Below are positions 47,006-57,741 of a stretch of 64,000 bases of DNA, piece after piece. Each line of letters begins with the position of its first letter. Position 1 is the stretch's first letter. This DNA is from a virus. The stretch lies in the IMG/VR virus record IMGVR_UViG_3300032315_000748; one strand, 5' to 3'. The notes beneath the pieces were generated by a model, which had not been told where the DNA came from, did no database searches, and was given only the letters and a program-made list of their open reading frames with translations. Position numbers and translations under genes: made by a program.

Positions 47006-47740
47006 ATGCCTTTACCTAAAATTGCTACGCCACAATATACTCTTGATTTGCCATCAACAGGAAAAAGTATCAAATATCGCCCATTTTTAGTCAAAGAAGA
47101 AAAGATACTTATTCTTGCTCTTGAAAGCGAAGATGTGATTCAAATTACATCAGCAATCAAACAAATTTTAAAGGATTGTATTATTACGAAAGGCATTAAA
47201 GTAGAAGAACTTCCTACTTTTGATATTGAATATATCTTTCTAAATGTTCGTGGACATTCAGTTGGTGAAGCAATTGAACTGATTGTGACTTGTAGTGATG
47301 ATGGAACAACCGAAGTTCCAGTTAAGATTTATATTGATGAAATTCAAGTCCAAAAAGACCCAAATCACTCTACTGATATTAATTTGGGTGATGGATTGGT
47401 ATTGAGAATGAAGTATCCATCTTTGAATGAATTTATTGCGAATAATTTTGATTTTAGTTCAAAGAAGAATTCTTCTACTGAACAAATCAACAAATCATTT
47501 GATATCGTTTCTTCTTGTATTGATATAGTCTTTAATGCCGATGAGTCCTGGGCGGCAGCAGATTGTACCAAAAAGGAACTTAATGATTGGATTGAGACTT
47601 TGACTCCACAACAGTTCCAAGAAGTAGAAAAGTTTTTCAATACGATGCCTAAACTTGCACACACTTTCAAAGTGACTAATCCAAATACAAAAAAAGAAAG
47701 TGAAGTTACGTTGGAGGGATTGACAAGTTTTTTCGGCTGA
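47006..47740 (+). CDS. gp26: Baseplate hub assembly protein
   Basis: MPLPKI, YRPFLVKEEKIL, FDIEYIFL, LEGLTSFF. Confidence 0.92.
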   Translation: MPLPKIATPQYTLDLPSTGKSIKYRPFLVKEEKILILALESEDVIQITSAIKQILKDCIITKGIKVEELPTFDIEYIFLNVRGHSVGEAIELIVTCSDDGTTEVPVKIYIDEIQVQKDPNHSTDINLGDGLVLRMKYPSLNEFIANNFDFSSKKNSSTEQINKSFDIVSSCIDIVFNADESWAAADCTKKELNDWIETLTPQQFQEVEKFFNTMPKLAHTFKVTNPNTKKESEVTLEGLTSFFG

Positions 47741-47742
47741 TA

Positions 47743-47919
47743 ATGGCTCATATGGATCTTGAGTCATATTTTAAAATTAATTTCTCTTTGATGACGCATT
47801 ATAAATATTCTTTGACCGAGATAGAAAATATGATGCCCTGGGAACGGGACATTTACCTAGCATTATTAAATCAGTTTGTAGAAGAAGAAAACTTAAAGGC
47901 ACAACAAAGTAATGGTTAG
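47743..47919 (+). CDS. gp51: Baseplate hub assembly catalyst
   Basis: NFSLMTHYKYSLTEIENMMPWERDIY (absent from the ORF track, <60 aa). Confidence 0.88.
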   Translation: MAHMDLESYFKINFSLMTHYKYSLTEIENMMPWERDIYLALLNQFVEEENLKAQQSNG

Positions 47920-49600
47920 TTCTGTTCTTCAACCAGAAAAAATTATAGGAAAGCAAAAACCAACAAAGGAACAAGCACTTAAATTTGTTTCTGGTGGTTC
48001 TTCTCTTGGTTCCTCAATTCTTTCTAGTGCGAAGAATAAAATTGTAAATTTTGATAGAGCAAAAGTATCGGCAAAACCAAATAATTTGCAGGCATTAATC
48101 AGTAACCTTTCTTCAACTGTCTTTAATACCACAAATACAATTCAAAATATTTTTGGGAATAAAGAAACAAAGGAAAAGAAAAGTTCTAAATTCTTTGGCG
48201 GATTCTTTGATAAATTTAAAGAAGCACTTGCCTTTATCACTTTCTTTGGAGCAAAGAAGAATTTAGATAGAGTTAAAGAAAATATAGACAATTTAAAGGC
48301 TACTTTTGTAGAAACTTTTGATGTTGCAAAGGCATTAAGAAAGGCAATACTTAAAATTATAGAACAAATCTCTGGACTTTCTGGTGGTGGAGGTGGTGGA
48401 GGAATAATTGGTGCTATAATGTCTGCACTTGGTGGATTGGCGGGTGGATTGGTTCCTGGAATGGCGGGAAAACGAGCACCAAATGTTGCTGGTCCTGCGA
48501 TGAAGCAAGAAGGGAATTTATTATCAAAAATACCAAAAGGACTGAAAGGTGGTGGGGGCGGAATAGGAAAATTACTTTTAGGTGGTACTGCTGCTCTTGG
48601 TGCTGGGGCTGCTGTGAGTGGTCTTTCTCAACCTGGAGGCGAAGATGTCCAACCAGGAAATACTACACCAGAAGTTCCAGGAAATGTTTTAGATAAATTC
48701 AATTCCATTTTAGATAGATTTGATAAAATACTTGATGGATTGAAAGGAAAACCCGGAAAATCTTCTGGTGCAAGTTCTAGTTCCGGTTCTAATTCAAAAC
48801 CTGCTAGTCCTGGTGCCCCTCCTGGTGGTAGTCCTGCTGGTGGAGGTGGTTCTCTTGCTGGAGTTACAATAAAAGACGATAAGCAAGGTCTTTCTGAATT
48901 GGGAATATCACAGGAACAATTTAATGCGTATAAACAAGGAATTGCAGATGTAGAAGGAGCAAGATACAATCAAATGGGTGGTGCTGGAGGTAGATTTGCT
49001 GGAAGATATCAAATGGGAAGTGGGGAAATTGCATCTGCTTCTGCTGTGATGGGAATTCCAACTCCATCGCAGCAGGAATATCTATCTAATCCAGAATTAC
49101 AAGAAAAAATTTATATGGGAAGAACTATATTGATGAATAGAAGAATGATGCAATTATCCCCAGAATATAAAGGTATGTCTGCAACGGAAAGATTATCAAA
49201 TCTCGCGGGAGCACAACTTGGAGAGGGCAGTCTTACAGATTTTCTTAAAGGAAAATCAATATCAGATTCTGCTGGAGTAGAAATACAAAGATGGATTAAT
49301 TCCGCAAAAAGAAGAATGGGCCAAGTCGCAGCAGGAAACCCCATTCCACAAACACCAACAAAACCAGGACAACAAGCACCACAAGCACCGTCAGCATCAA
49401 AATCTCGACCACAACCAATAGTCATTCCATTCCAACAACAATCACAAGTTCAACCAGCATCATCTGGAGGTGGTGGTAAAATATCTGCACCACCATCACC
49501 ACAACAAAATGGACCAACTGCTCCATTTTATCCATCATCAAACTATGATAATTTCTTAACATTATATTCAAGAATGGTTTATAATATTGTGGATGGATAA
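47912..49600 (+). CDS. Tape-measure/hub-like protein with lysozyme-like domain
   Basis: Helical N-terminus, Gly-rich middle, VEG..YN...AGRYQ lytic motif; follows gp26/gp51. Confidence 0.6.
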   Translation: MVSSVLQPEKIIGKQKPTKEQALKFVSGGSSLGSSILSSAKNKIVNFDRAKVSAKPNNLQALISNLSSTVFNTTNTIQNIFGNKETKEKKSSKFFGGFFDKFKEALAFITFFGAKKNLDRVKENIDNLKATFVETFDVAKALRKAILKIIEQISGLSGGGGGGGIIGAIMSALGGLAGGLVPGMAGKRAPNVAGPAMKQEGNLLSKIPKGLKGGGGGIGKLLLGGTAALGAGAAVSGLSQPGGEDVQPGNTTPEVPGNVLDKFNSILDRFDKILDGLKGKPGKSSGASSSSGSNSKPASPGAPPGGSPAGGGGSLAGVTIKDDKQGLSELGISQEQFNAYKQGIADVEGARYNQMGGAGGRFAGRYQMGSGEIASASAVMGIPTPSQQEYLSNPELQEKIYMGRTILMNRRMMQLSPEYKGMSATERLSNLAGAQLGEGSLTDFLKGKSISDSAGVEIQRWINSAKRRMGQVAAGNPIPQTPTKPGQQAPQAPSASKSRPQPIVIPFQQQSQVQPASSGGGGKISAPPSPQQNGPTAPFYPSSNYDNFLTLYSRMVYNIVDG

Positions 49601-51549
49601 TGAAAACTAAACTTTTTTCTCCCCTACTAACTGCTGCCAATAATATTGTAAAAACTAGACGCCCATTGACAAAAAGGGCGAAGGAATATGATGCCTTTAT
49701 TAATTGGTTAGATACAAGCAATAAAGATGTCAAAAAAATAAAATTACCAAAGGTCAAAAAAGTAGAAGACCTTGAGTTTTCTATTGGAATGTCTCTTGGT
49801 GGTGGAGGAAATGGCGGATTATTTGGTTCTCTTCTTGCTGCACTTGGAGTTGGTGTTGGGGGGTTTGGATTAAAATCTTTAGTTAAAAAATTCAGCAGAG
49901 GAAAACCAACAATAAAAGCAACAAAGGAAAGTAAAAATATTTTTTCGGGAATATCTAAAATAGGACAAAAAACTAAACCAACAGGAGTTAAGGCAGCAAA
50001 TAATATTGTCAATTTTAATAGACAACCAAGCAAAATTGAAGATGTTGGTTCCACAAAAGCACCAAAAGGAAAAATTGGAAAAATAGGAAAATTTGGTGGT
50101 GGGATACTATCTGTTGGATTGACTGCTGCCGACTTTATGGGAAGAAAAGGAGAAGGGCAATCAGACCTTCAAGCAGGAGTTGGGGCGGGCGGTGGTCTTG
50201 CTGGTGGTCTTGCCGGTGCTTGGGCTGGTGGGCAAGCGGGGGCAGCAGTAGGTGCAGGTATAGGCGCTTTGTTTGGTGGTGTTGGTGCAGCTCCTGGTGC
50301 AGTAATTGGTGGAATTATTGGTTCTCTTGCTGGTGGATTTGGTGGAGGACAACTTGGTGGAAATTTAGCAGATAAACTGACTGGTGCTGATAAGATGGAC
50401 CAGAGACTGAAAGCACAAGAAAAAATACAAAGAGAAGCAGCATCTGCAAGTAATGTTACGTTTGTAAGTATTACTGATAAGTTTGATAAAGTTGTAAGTA
50501 AGTTTGAAAAGATAAAGTTTGGAATGTCTGGAACTGGTCCTGGTGATAAAAATGTCGGTAAAGGTGAGGAGTCAATGAATCCTTATCAGGAACCGGAGCA
50601 ATATCCACCAATCAATCCATCAAATCAAACCTATGATGGACCTATAAGTGGAGACACCTTTTTCCCCCTACCTGGAGGAAAAGCAGGACAATCTGCCAAT
50701 CAACAGTTTGGTGCGGATAGAGCTAGGGGCAAAGGAGCTCATGCTGGACTTGACATGACTCACCATGTCGGAGCATTAAATGCTCCAGTTGCTGCTTATA
50801 AAACTGGTAAAGTCGTAGAATCAGTTAGTAATGGATATAATGGTTATGTCACAATTGATCACGGAGGTGGATTAAAGACAAGATATTATCATACCTCACC
50901 TTCTGTGAATACTGGTGATGTTGTATATGGGGGACAACAAATTGCTAATTTATATCCAGACGGAGATAATACACACTTACACTTTGAAGTTTATCGTGGT
51001 GGAACTGCAATAAATCCATCTTCTGCTGGTCTTGGCCAAAAAATTCCTGCTCCTTTAACAAAAGAAAAGGCAAAACAACAAAGTGAACAATCGGCATCTA
51101 AAGGAAAAGGATCACAAGGAATGGCAGATATGAGAGGAAGTACCCCAGACACAAAGCAACAATCAATTGAAGATTTTGCAAAACAAACTATGGGCAAAGA
51201 AAGAGCAGATAGAGCACTCAAAGATCCCAAACTACCAGAATTCAAACAACTACAAAAAAATTATAATGTTTATGTCAAAGGTATTAGAGAAAGAAGACAA
51301 GCACAAATAGCGCCAGGACAAACACCACAAGTTCCAGGAGCAATTACAACTCCATTACAAGAACAAACACCTGGATCGGCAATATTGCTTGGTCAATCTC
51401 AACCAGCGGGACAACCTTCTATGGTTCCAGTTCCCATTCCAATGGGAGGAGGCGGCGGAGGTGGAGTTGCTGTTGTATCAATTCCTGAAGGACAGATATT
51501 AAATAGTCTATGGAAGACTATGCTTCTTACTAATCTCTCTTCGGCATAA
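49600..51549 (+). CDS. Tape-measure/hub-like protein with M23 peptidase domain
   Basis: Glycine-zipper segment; HAGLD, YYH, HLHFE. Confidence 0.7.
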   Translation: MKTKLFSPLLTAANNIVKTRRPLTKRAKEYDAFINWLDTSNKDVKKIKLPKVKKVEDLEFSIGMSLGGGGNGGLFGSLLAALGVGVGGFGLKSLVKKFSRGKPTIKATKESKNIFSGISKIGQKTKPTGVKAANNIVNFNRQPSKIEDVGSTKAPKGKIGKIGKFGGGILSVGLTAADFMGRKGEGQSDLQAGVGAGGGLAGGLAGAWAGGQAGAAVGAGIGALFGGVGAAPGAVIGGIIGSLAGGFGGGQLGGNLADKLTGADKMDQRLKAQEKIQREAASASNVTFVSITDKFDKVVSKFEKIKFGMSGTGPGDKNVGKGEESMNPYQEPEQYPPINPSNQTYDGPISGDTFFPLPGGKAGQSANQQFGADRARGKGAHAGLDMTHHVGALNAPVAAYKTGKVVESVSNGYNGYVTIDHGGGLKTRYYHTSPSVNTGDVVYGGQQIANLYPDGDNTHLHFEVYRGGTAINPSSAGLGQKIPAPLTKEKAKQQSEQSASKGKGSQGMADMRGSTPDTKQQSIEDFAKQTMGKERADRALKDPKLPEFKQLQKNYNVYVKGIRERRQAQIAPGQTPQVPGAITTPLQEQTPGSAILLGQSQPAGQPSMVPVPIPMGGGGGGGVAVVSIPEGQILNSLWKTMLLTNLSSA

Positions 51550-52865
51550 TGACAAACGCAGTATCTGGTTTAAGATATCAATATGTTACGATTGCATCAT
51601 TGGATGGGTCTAAAAAATTTGATTTGACAAATTCAATTCTTGAAATGAATTATTATGAAGATATTTTATCTCCTTGTATAACAATGATAATTGTTATGGA
51701 GAATACTCATTCTATATTCAATGGTCTTCCTATTCGTGGCGGAGAAAGTGTTGCGATGGAAATTGAAACCGCATCTAGCAATTTCAAGTTAGATGGAACA
51801 CGAGCAATGTTTGTTTATAAAGTAAGCAATCTTGATGCAGAAGGAACAAATGAAAAATTTACATTACATCTTGTTTCTAAAGAAGGATTACAAAACGAAA
51901 CAGTCAGGTGCCAAAAAAAATATCAAAAATTAACACTAGATAATCACGTTAATGATATTTTAAAAAACACATTACAGACAGATAAAATAGGAACAATAGA
52001 AACTACATCAAATTCTTATAGTTTCATAGGAAATAACAAAAAACCATTTCATATTTTGACTTGGTTGGGTCCAAAAGCAGTTTCTCAAATTTCAAAAGTA
52101 TCTAATGTTTCTGGAAATGGTCAAAGTGGGCAAGCAAAAGGAACTTCTGGATTTTTATTTTATGAAAATTATGATGGATTTAATTTTCGTAGTATTGATA
52201 GTTTAGTATCAAATGCACAATTAGGAACTGGAAATAAAAAACCAAAATATTCTTATACTTGGTCACAGAAGGTAATTGAACATAATAATTTAAACAATAA
52301 CTTCAAAATAATAAATTATAACTATGAAAAAAATATTGATTTGATGAAATCATTAAGAGTTGGAATGTATGCAAATAAAACTTATTTTTATGACATTTAT
52401 AATCAAGAAGTTAGTATCTATAAGTATTCTTTGAAAAATGAAATTAAAAATGCAACGCAATTAGGCGGGGCAGAAAGTATTGCGGTTTCGGATCAATTTG
52501 GAGATTCAATTTCTAGAATTTTGACAAGAACTTCAGATCACGGATATTTGGATAAGGGCGGAAAGTTTGAAGAGTCTGGACGAGATAGTGCAGATATTGC
52601 CAAATCCTCATCAAGATATAATTTATTATTCACTCAAGCAGTAAATATAAATATACCTATGAATTTAAATCTTAAAGTTGGTGATATAATTGAAGCAATC
52701 TTTCCAAGAATAGAAGAGGCAAATAGTGGAGAAGCAGATCCAGAACAAAGTGGAAATTATTTAATTAAAGAACTTTGCCATCACTTTGATCCTCGTGGTG
52801 GACATATGCTTACGAGTGCAAAATTAATCCGAGACAGTTATGGTCTCTATGGTCCAAACCAATAA
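51549..52865 (+). CDS. Baseplate hub protein (gp27-like)
   Basis: YYEDILSP, LPIRGGE, FLFYEN..GFNFRSID, SGNYLI..LCHHF, RDS. Confidence 0.7.
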   Translation: MTNAVSGLRYQYVTIASLDGSKKFDLTNSILEMNYYEDILSPCITMIIVMENTHSIFNGLPIRGGESVAMEIETASSNFKLDGTRAMFVYKVSNLDAEGTNEKFTLHLVSKEGLQNETVRCQKKYQKLTLDNHVNDILKNTLQTDKIGTIETTSNSYSFIGNNKKPFHILTWLGPKAVSQISKVSNVSGNGQSGQAKGTSGFLFYENYDGFNFRSIDSLVSNAQLGTGNKKPKYSYTWSQKVIEHNNLNNNFKIINYNYEKNIDLMKSLRVGMYANKTYFYDIYNQEVSIYKYSLKNEIKNATQLGGAESIAVSDQFGDSISRILTRTSDHGYLDKGGKFEESGRDSADIAKSSSRYNLLFTQAVNINIPMNLNLKVGDIIEAIFPRIEEANSGEADPEQSGNYLIKELCHHFDPRGGHMLTSAKLIRDSYGLYGPNQ

Positions 52866-52873
52866 ATACTAAA

Positions 52874-53083
52874 ATGGAACTACAAGAACTTATTGTCAAA
52901 ATATGTGAAGAACTAGAAACTTCTTCACTTAATGAACAGAGAAAAAGATACCTTCAAGCATATCTAGAAGAACTTTTTTCTTATAAAAGAAATCATCCAA
53001 CAGCAACAGAAATCCCAAATTCATTACAATTATTTTGTGATTTAAATCCAGAAGCACTTGAATGTAGAAAATACGAATTATGA
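52874..53083 (+). CDS. cp12: CP12-like Calvin cycle inhibitor
   Basis: C-terminal LQLFCDLNPEALECRKY; located just before gp5 as in cyanomyoviruses. Confidence 0.75.
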   Translation: MELQELIVKICEELETSSLNEQRKRYLQAYLEELFSYKRNHPTATEIPNSLQLFCDLNPEALECRKYEL

Positions 53084-55308
53084 TTGAAGAAAGTTTATTG
53101 AAATCCGGCATTCTTGGTAAAGACGGATTTGTTTGGTGGATTGGTAGAGTTGCTGATGCAAAGGTTTGGAGAAACGTAAATTTAGAAAATTCCTTTAATG
53201 GAGATCCTGGATTTAGATGTAAAGTAAGAATTATTGGATATCACCCATTTGATAATACCATCAAAGAAGAAGATTTGCCTTGGGCTGTTTGTTTGATGGA
53301 TGCAACTGGCGGAAATGGTATGGGAGGTCAAAGCAAGACCTTGCAATTAGAAGGCGGGGAAACTTGTGTTGGTTTCTTTATGGATGGTGAGGATGGACAA
53401 CAACCAGTAATTATTGGATTACTACATCGTCACGCAAATGTAAAATCAAGTATAGACCAAAAGACAATTGAAGCGGAGAAAAGTTCACAATTTAAAAATG
53501 CTCCTCTTTACATTAATAATAATGCGCCTGCGACAAATCTCCCAAAAACAAATACAACACCACTTTCACCGACAACAGCATCTACTGGTATTGGTGCAAC
53601 AATAGACAGAAAAATTCCATCTGCATATATTCCTGGTGGTGTATGTTTAGCACAATGGCAGGTAGAAAAAAAAGGAACTAATATTTCTAGAATACCAAGC
53701 AATTGTGGAAATGATTTAATTGGTAGAATTACGGGAATACTGCAAGATTTTATTGCAGGAATTAGTATTTTAGAAAATTCTTTCAAAAAATTTATTGATC
53801 CAGTTTTAAATAAAATTGTTGATGTAGCATCACAAGTTAAAAATGTTGCAAGTCAAATTGGTGGAATTGTAAAACTTATTATTAATAGTATAAGAACTGC
53901 GATAACAAAAGGAATTGTATTTTTACTTAAACAATTTTTAGCACTTTTGGGCAAAACTGACCCAACAAATCCAGTTACATCTCAAGCAGTAAAGAAAGCA
54001 ACAAAAACAATTTTGGATAAAATATTTTGTATTCTTGAAAATTTAATTGAAGAGATTATTAGTTTTGTTGCAAATATGCTTACAAATATGATTGGGAATA
54101 TTATCAATCCCAGTCTCTGTGTCGCAGAGCAGTTTACTTCCGGCATTCTTGCTAAATTGATGAATATGATAGAAAATGCACTTCAACCTATTTTATCTGG
54201 AATTAGTTGGTTAACTGGTGGAATTTCAAGTGTTACTGGTATTTTGCGTCAAGCAAGCACTCTTGCTGCTGAAATTTATAGTTTTATTGGTGATTGTGGT
54301 GGATTAAAATGCACTCAACCAAGTGAGTGGGTTTCTTCTATGGCAGTTGCAATGCAAAAATCAAGTGATGACTGGGAAAAACAACTTAAAAACGTTGATA
54401 TTCTTGGTGGAATAAGTAATACTTTAACAAAGGTATCTGATAATATCACAAGAGGAGTTAATGATTTTGCAAATGTTGATGGTCTAGTAAATAGTAATCA
54501 AATTGGAGGAATATTACAAACTGCAAATGCTTTGGGTGGAGGTTTGAATACAATTGAAGGTGCAATTGCTACAATTTCTGGATTTGGAAACGCAAATAAT
54601 GCTTTTGGACCTTGCAATGAATCTACTTTGAATCCACAGACACAATATGATTTGGCACCAGTTCCATTGGGATATCAATATGAATATTGTATTCCGCCAA
54701 TTGCAGAAGTATATGGAACTGGTGTTGGTGCGAATCTTGTCCCTATTGTTACAAATGGCGCTATTTTCTCAATAGAAGTAATTAGTGGCGGTGTTGGATA
54801 TACTGCACCTTTGCCAATTTCTATTGTTGATAATAGCGGTTATGGTTCTGGCGCAAAAGCAGAAGCAATTATAGAAAATGGTGTGATTACAGGAGCAATT
54901 GTAATTTATAGTGGTTCTGGTTATTGTGGTGGAAATTACAATAATATTGGAATTGAAACAACTCAACAATCAACAACTGGCGTTTCAACTTCCATAGTTG
55001 GTATTGTAACTTCTATTCATATTGTAACTCCGGGCATAGGATATACTTCTGGCGATACAATTAGTATTGGAACTACATCATTCATACCAAAAATAACTCC
55101 AAATGGTTCAATTGTTCAAGTTAATGTTCCTACAAATTACAATCAAACATTTGGAAGCACCCCAACAATCACAATAAATACATCAACAGGTGTTGGTGCA
55201 AAGGTAATTCCAGTAATGAAATTTACACCACAAGGAGCAACTGTAAATGAAAATGCAACAATAAATGTAAATCAAAGTCAAGTCATTAATGTGGTGGATT
55301 GTATATGA
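53080..55308 (+). CDS. gp5: Baseplate hub/spike protein (gp5 N-terminal OB fold)
   Basis: WWIGRV, RCKVRIIGYH, LPWA, VGFFMDG..GQQPVIIG. Confidence 0.85.
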   Translation: MIEESLLKSGILGKDGFVWWIGRVADAKVWRNVNLENSFNGDPGFRCKVRIIGYHPFDNTIKEEDLPWAVCLMDATGGNGMGGQSKTLQLEGGETCVGFFMDGEDGQQPVIIGLLHRHANVKSSIDQKTIEAEKSSQFKNAPLYINNNAPATNLPKTNTTPLSPTTASTGIGATIDRKIPSAYIPGGVCLAQWQVEKKGTNISRIPSNCGNDLIGRITGILQDFIAGISILENSFKKFIDPVLNKIVDVASQVKNVASQIGGIVKLIINSIRTAITKGIVFLLKQFLALLGKTDPTNPVTSQAVKKATKTILDKIFCILENLIEEIISFVANMLTNMIGNIINPSLCVAEQFTSGILAKLMNMIENALQPILSGISWLTGGISSVTGILRQASTLAAEIYSFIGDCGGLKCTQPSEWVSSMAVAMQKSSDDWEKQLKNVDILGGISNTLTKVSDNITRGVNDFANVDGLVNSNQIGGILQTANALGGGLNTIEGAIATISGFGNANNAFGPCNESTLNPQTQYDLAPVPLGYQYEYCIPPIAEVYGTGVGANLVPIVTNGAIFSIEVISGGVGYTAPLPISIVDNSGYGSGAKAEAIIENGVITGAIVIYSGSGYCGGNYNNIGIETTQQSTTGVSTSIVGIVTSIHIVTPGIGYTSGDTISIGTTSFIPKITPNGSIVQVNVPTNYNQTFGSTPTITINTSTGVGAKVIPVMKFTPQGATVNENATINVNQSQVINVVDCI

Positions 55309-55883
55309 GTAACTTTACAAAAGAGCAATTAGCAGAACTTGAAGATTATTTTCGCCAATATCTTGGTGGAGTAGAAATCACTGCAAATACAAAAAGTGTT
55401 GGTCACGAAAAACTTGAATATGGTATTCATACGCCAACAGGTCAAGGACTTCAAATTTATGAAAAAGGACAGATAAAATTAGTTTCCAATACATCAATTG
55501 AACTTACTACTGGTGTTGATGCAAATAAAGACACTGGACATTTTTACATTAAAAATATGAATGGAACTATTCATATAGAAGCGCCTAATGGGGATATTGT
55601 TTTAAATGGAAAGAATGTTCAAATTAATGCCACTGACGCAAAAGGTTCGGTAACAATCAGATCTCCACATATTATTCAAACTGATGCACCACAAAATACA
55701 GTGAAAGGTACAAATGTAAATATTACAGCAGATCATAGTTTATATTGCTTATCTTCATATGGAACATTTCACGGAGATGTAACTACTGATATATCCACCG
55801 GTAATGAATCTTTATTGAATGGCAGTTTATTATCTAGAATAATAAGCGGTATTAATGAAATTAAAATGTTTTTTAAATTCTAA
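55305..55883 (+). CDS. Spike-like beta-helix protein
   Basis: Short beta-strand periodicity; follows gp5. Confidence 0.5.
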   Translation: MSNFTKEQLAELEDYFRQYLGGVEITANTKSVGHEKLEYGIHTPTGQGLQIYEKGQIKLVSNTSIELTTGVDANKDTGHFYIKNMNGTIHIEAPNGDIVLNGKNVQINATDAKGSVTIRSPHIIQTDAPQNTVKGTNVNITADHSLYCLSSYGTFHGDVTTDISTGNESLLNGSLLSRIISGINEIKMFFKF

Positions 55884-55885
55884 TT

Positions 55886-56701
55886 ATGTCTAATATTCCT
55901 CTAATACAATCATCAAAAGTTATAATTGGAGATTTTGATACTTCCGTAGCATCTCTTGGTGAAATATTGGGACTAAAATCAGGAACACTTGTAAATTGTG
56001 GTGTTTCATATTTTGGAGCATCATTTCCAACTGGAATTGATTTGGGTACAGTTACGATTGGCCCCCCAATTGCAATTCCTGGAGTTGGGTCTATTCCAAA
56101 TTCATTAAATGTTCTTGGAATTACCAATAACGTTGGACAGACAAATCATATAGGAGATACGAATACTTTTGGTGTTTCTAAAAAACTTGGACTTTCTTTG
56201 AAAATAGCAACAGATATATCTGCTGCTCTTAAAGTCAATGAAGGATTTCATATCACCACTGAAAATAAAACTATTACTGGCAATTTGAATGTCACTGATC
56301 TTATTTGGTGCGATTCCATTTATTCAAATTTTGGTAATTTTGCTAATGTTGCTGCTCCATTTAAACAATTTAATATTCCACATCCAAATAAAGAAGGTTA
56401 TAGATTAGTACACGCTTGTTTGGAAGGACCAGAAATTGGCGTATATTATCGTGGAAGACTTGAAAGAGAAAACACAATCAAACTCCCAGAATATTGGAAT
56501 GGATTAGTACATCCAGGAAGTATTACAGTCAATCTTACTCCACATAAAGTTTATCAAGAACTTTTTGTGAAAAGTATGGATGTTTCTAAAATTACTGTTA
56601 TGAATAATTCTGGTGGTCCAATTGATTGTAGTTATGTTGTTTATGCAGAAAGACTTGATGTTGATAAATTAGTTATAGAACAGAAAGAGGTTGAGAAATA
56701 A
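55886..56701 (+). CDS. Tail spike/fibre protein with C-terminal chaperone-like domain
   Basis: KQFNIPHP...LVHACLEGPE..VYYRG...YAER. Confidence 0.6.
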   Translation: MSNIPLIQSSKVIIGDFDTSVASLGEILGLKSGTLVNCGVSYFGASFPTGIDLGTVTIGPPIAIPGVGSIPNSLNVLGITNNVGQTNHIGDTNTFGVSKKLGLSLKIATDISAALKVNEGFHITTENKTITGNLNVTDLIWCDSIYSNFGNFANVAAPFKQFNIPHPNKEGYRLVHACLEGPEIGVYYRGRLERENTIKLPEYWNGLVHPGSITVNLTPHKVYQELFVKSMDVSKITVMNNSGGPIDCSYVVYAERLDVDKLVIEQKEVEK

Positions 56702-57741
56702 TGTCCAAACAAAATATTATTAATGAATTCAATTCAAAATTAGATTCGTTGAATAAACAAATTTCTTCTATTGAAGATTTGAAACTTCCATTGCAAGCAT
56801 CTATTGATGAACTTAAATCACCAACTGCACAGGTAGATGAACAAATTGCACAATTAACTGTTGATTTGAATAATGAAATCTACAATCTTTCTATTATTTC
56901 AAATGATGCATTTGCTTGTGGGTGTGGAACAACAGCACTAGTTACTGTTCCTGTTGCTCCTCCTGGAACAGGAACTACAACTGTAACTATTGTTGTTGGT
57001 GATACTTATTATTATGAAAATGCAAAGGCACATCGTATTAATGCGGAAAATACTAATTATTATGGAATAGCACCAAATAAACCTCTAGAAGGAACTGACG
57101 GATCCACATCATTTAATAGTGGATATGCAAATAATACAGTGATTGTTGGTTCAACATCAAATTCAATTTTAGAGTTAATTGTAAATAATCCTGGTTCTGG
57201 TTTTATCTCTTCTAACTATTATAATCAATCATTGGTTGGTGGTACTGGAAATTCAGCAAAAGCAGATATTACTGTTTCTCCTGCTGGTGCTGTGTCAAAT
57301 GTAATTGTAAATAATGGTGGCACGGGATATTCTGTTAATGATGTGCTTACTATTACAGCATTTCCTGGGGCTTCATTTACAGTTACAGATATTGGTTCTC
57401 CAATTTTAGGAATTGGTATAGATACTTATATTGTAGCAAGTTCTGGAATTGGAAGTGTATTTATCCCAACCATAGTTTCTTCTGGTATAAGTAGTTGTGC
57501 AACATCTTGTGCAACTTATAGTTCCCAAGCAAACGTAGTTTTATCTAATATTACATCAATCAGAAATTACAGAGACACTTTGTTGTCTGGTGTAAATTCT
57601 ATGAAAGTTGAAATGACAAAATTATATAAACAGAGATATGGATATATTTTTGGCGAAGGCACACTTAATGATAGAAAAACACAAATTAATAATATTATAA
57701 ACACTTTAAATAATTCAACATATAACCAGTATTTCTCATGA
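56701..57741 (+). CDS. Virion structural protein
   Basis: Coiled-coil ends; NPGSGF/GGTGY repeats. Confidence 0.6.
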   Translation: MSKQNIINEFNSKLDSLNKQISSIEDLKLPLQASIDELKSPTAQVDEQIAQLTVDLNNEIYNLSIISNDAFACGCGTTALVTVPVAPPGTGTTTVTIVVGDTYYYENAKAHRINAENTNYYGIAPNKPLEGTDGSTSFNSGYANNTVIVGSTSNSILELIVNNPGSGFISSNYYNQSLVGGTGNSAKADITVSPAGAVSNVIVNNGGTGYSVNDVLTITAFPGASFTVTDIGSPILGIGIDTYIVASSGIGSVFIPTIVSSGISSCATSCATYSSQANVVLSNITSIRNYRDTLLSGVNSMKVEMTKLYKQRYGYIFGEGTLNDRKTQINNIINTLNNSTYNQYFS

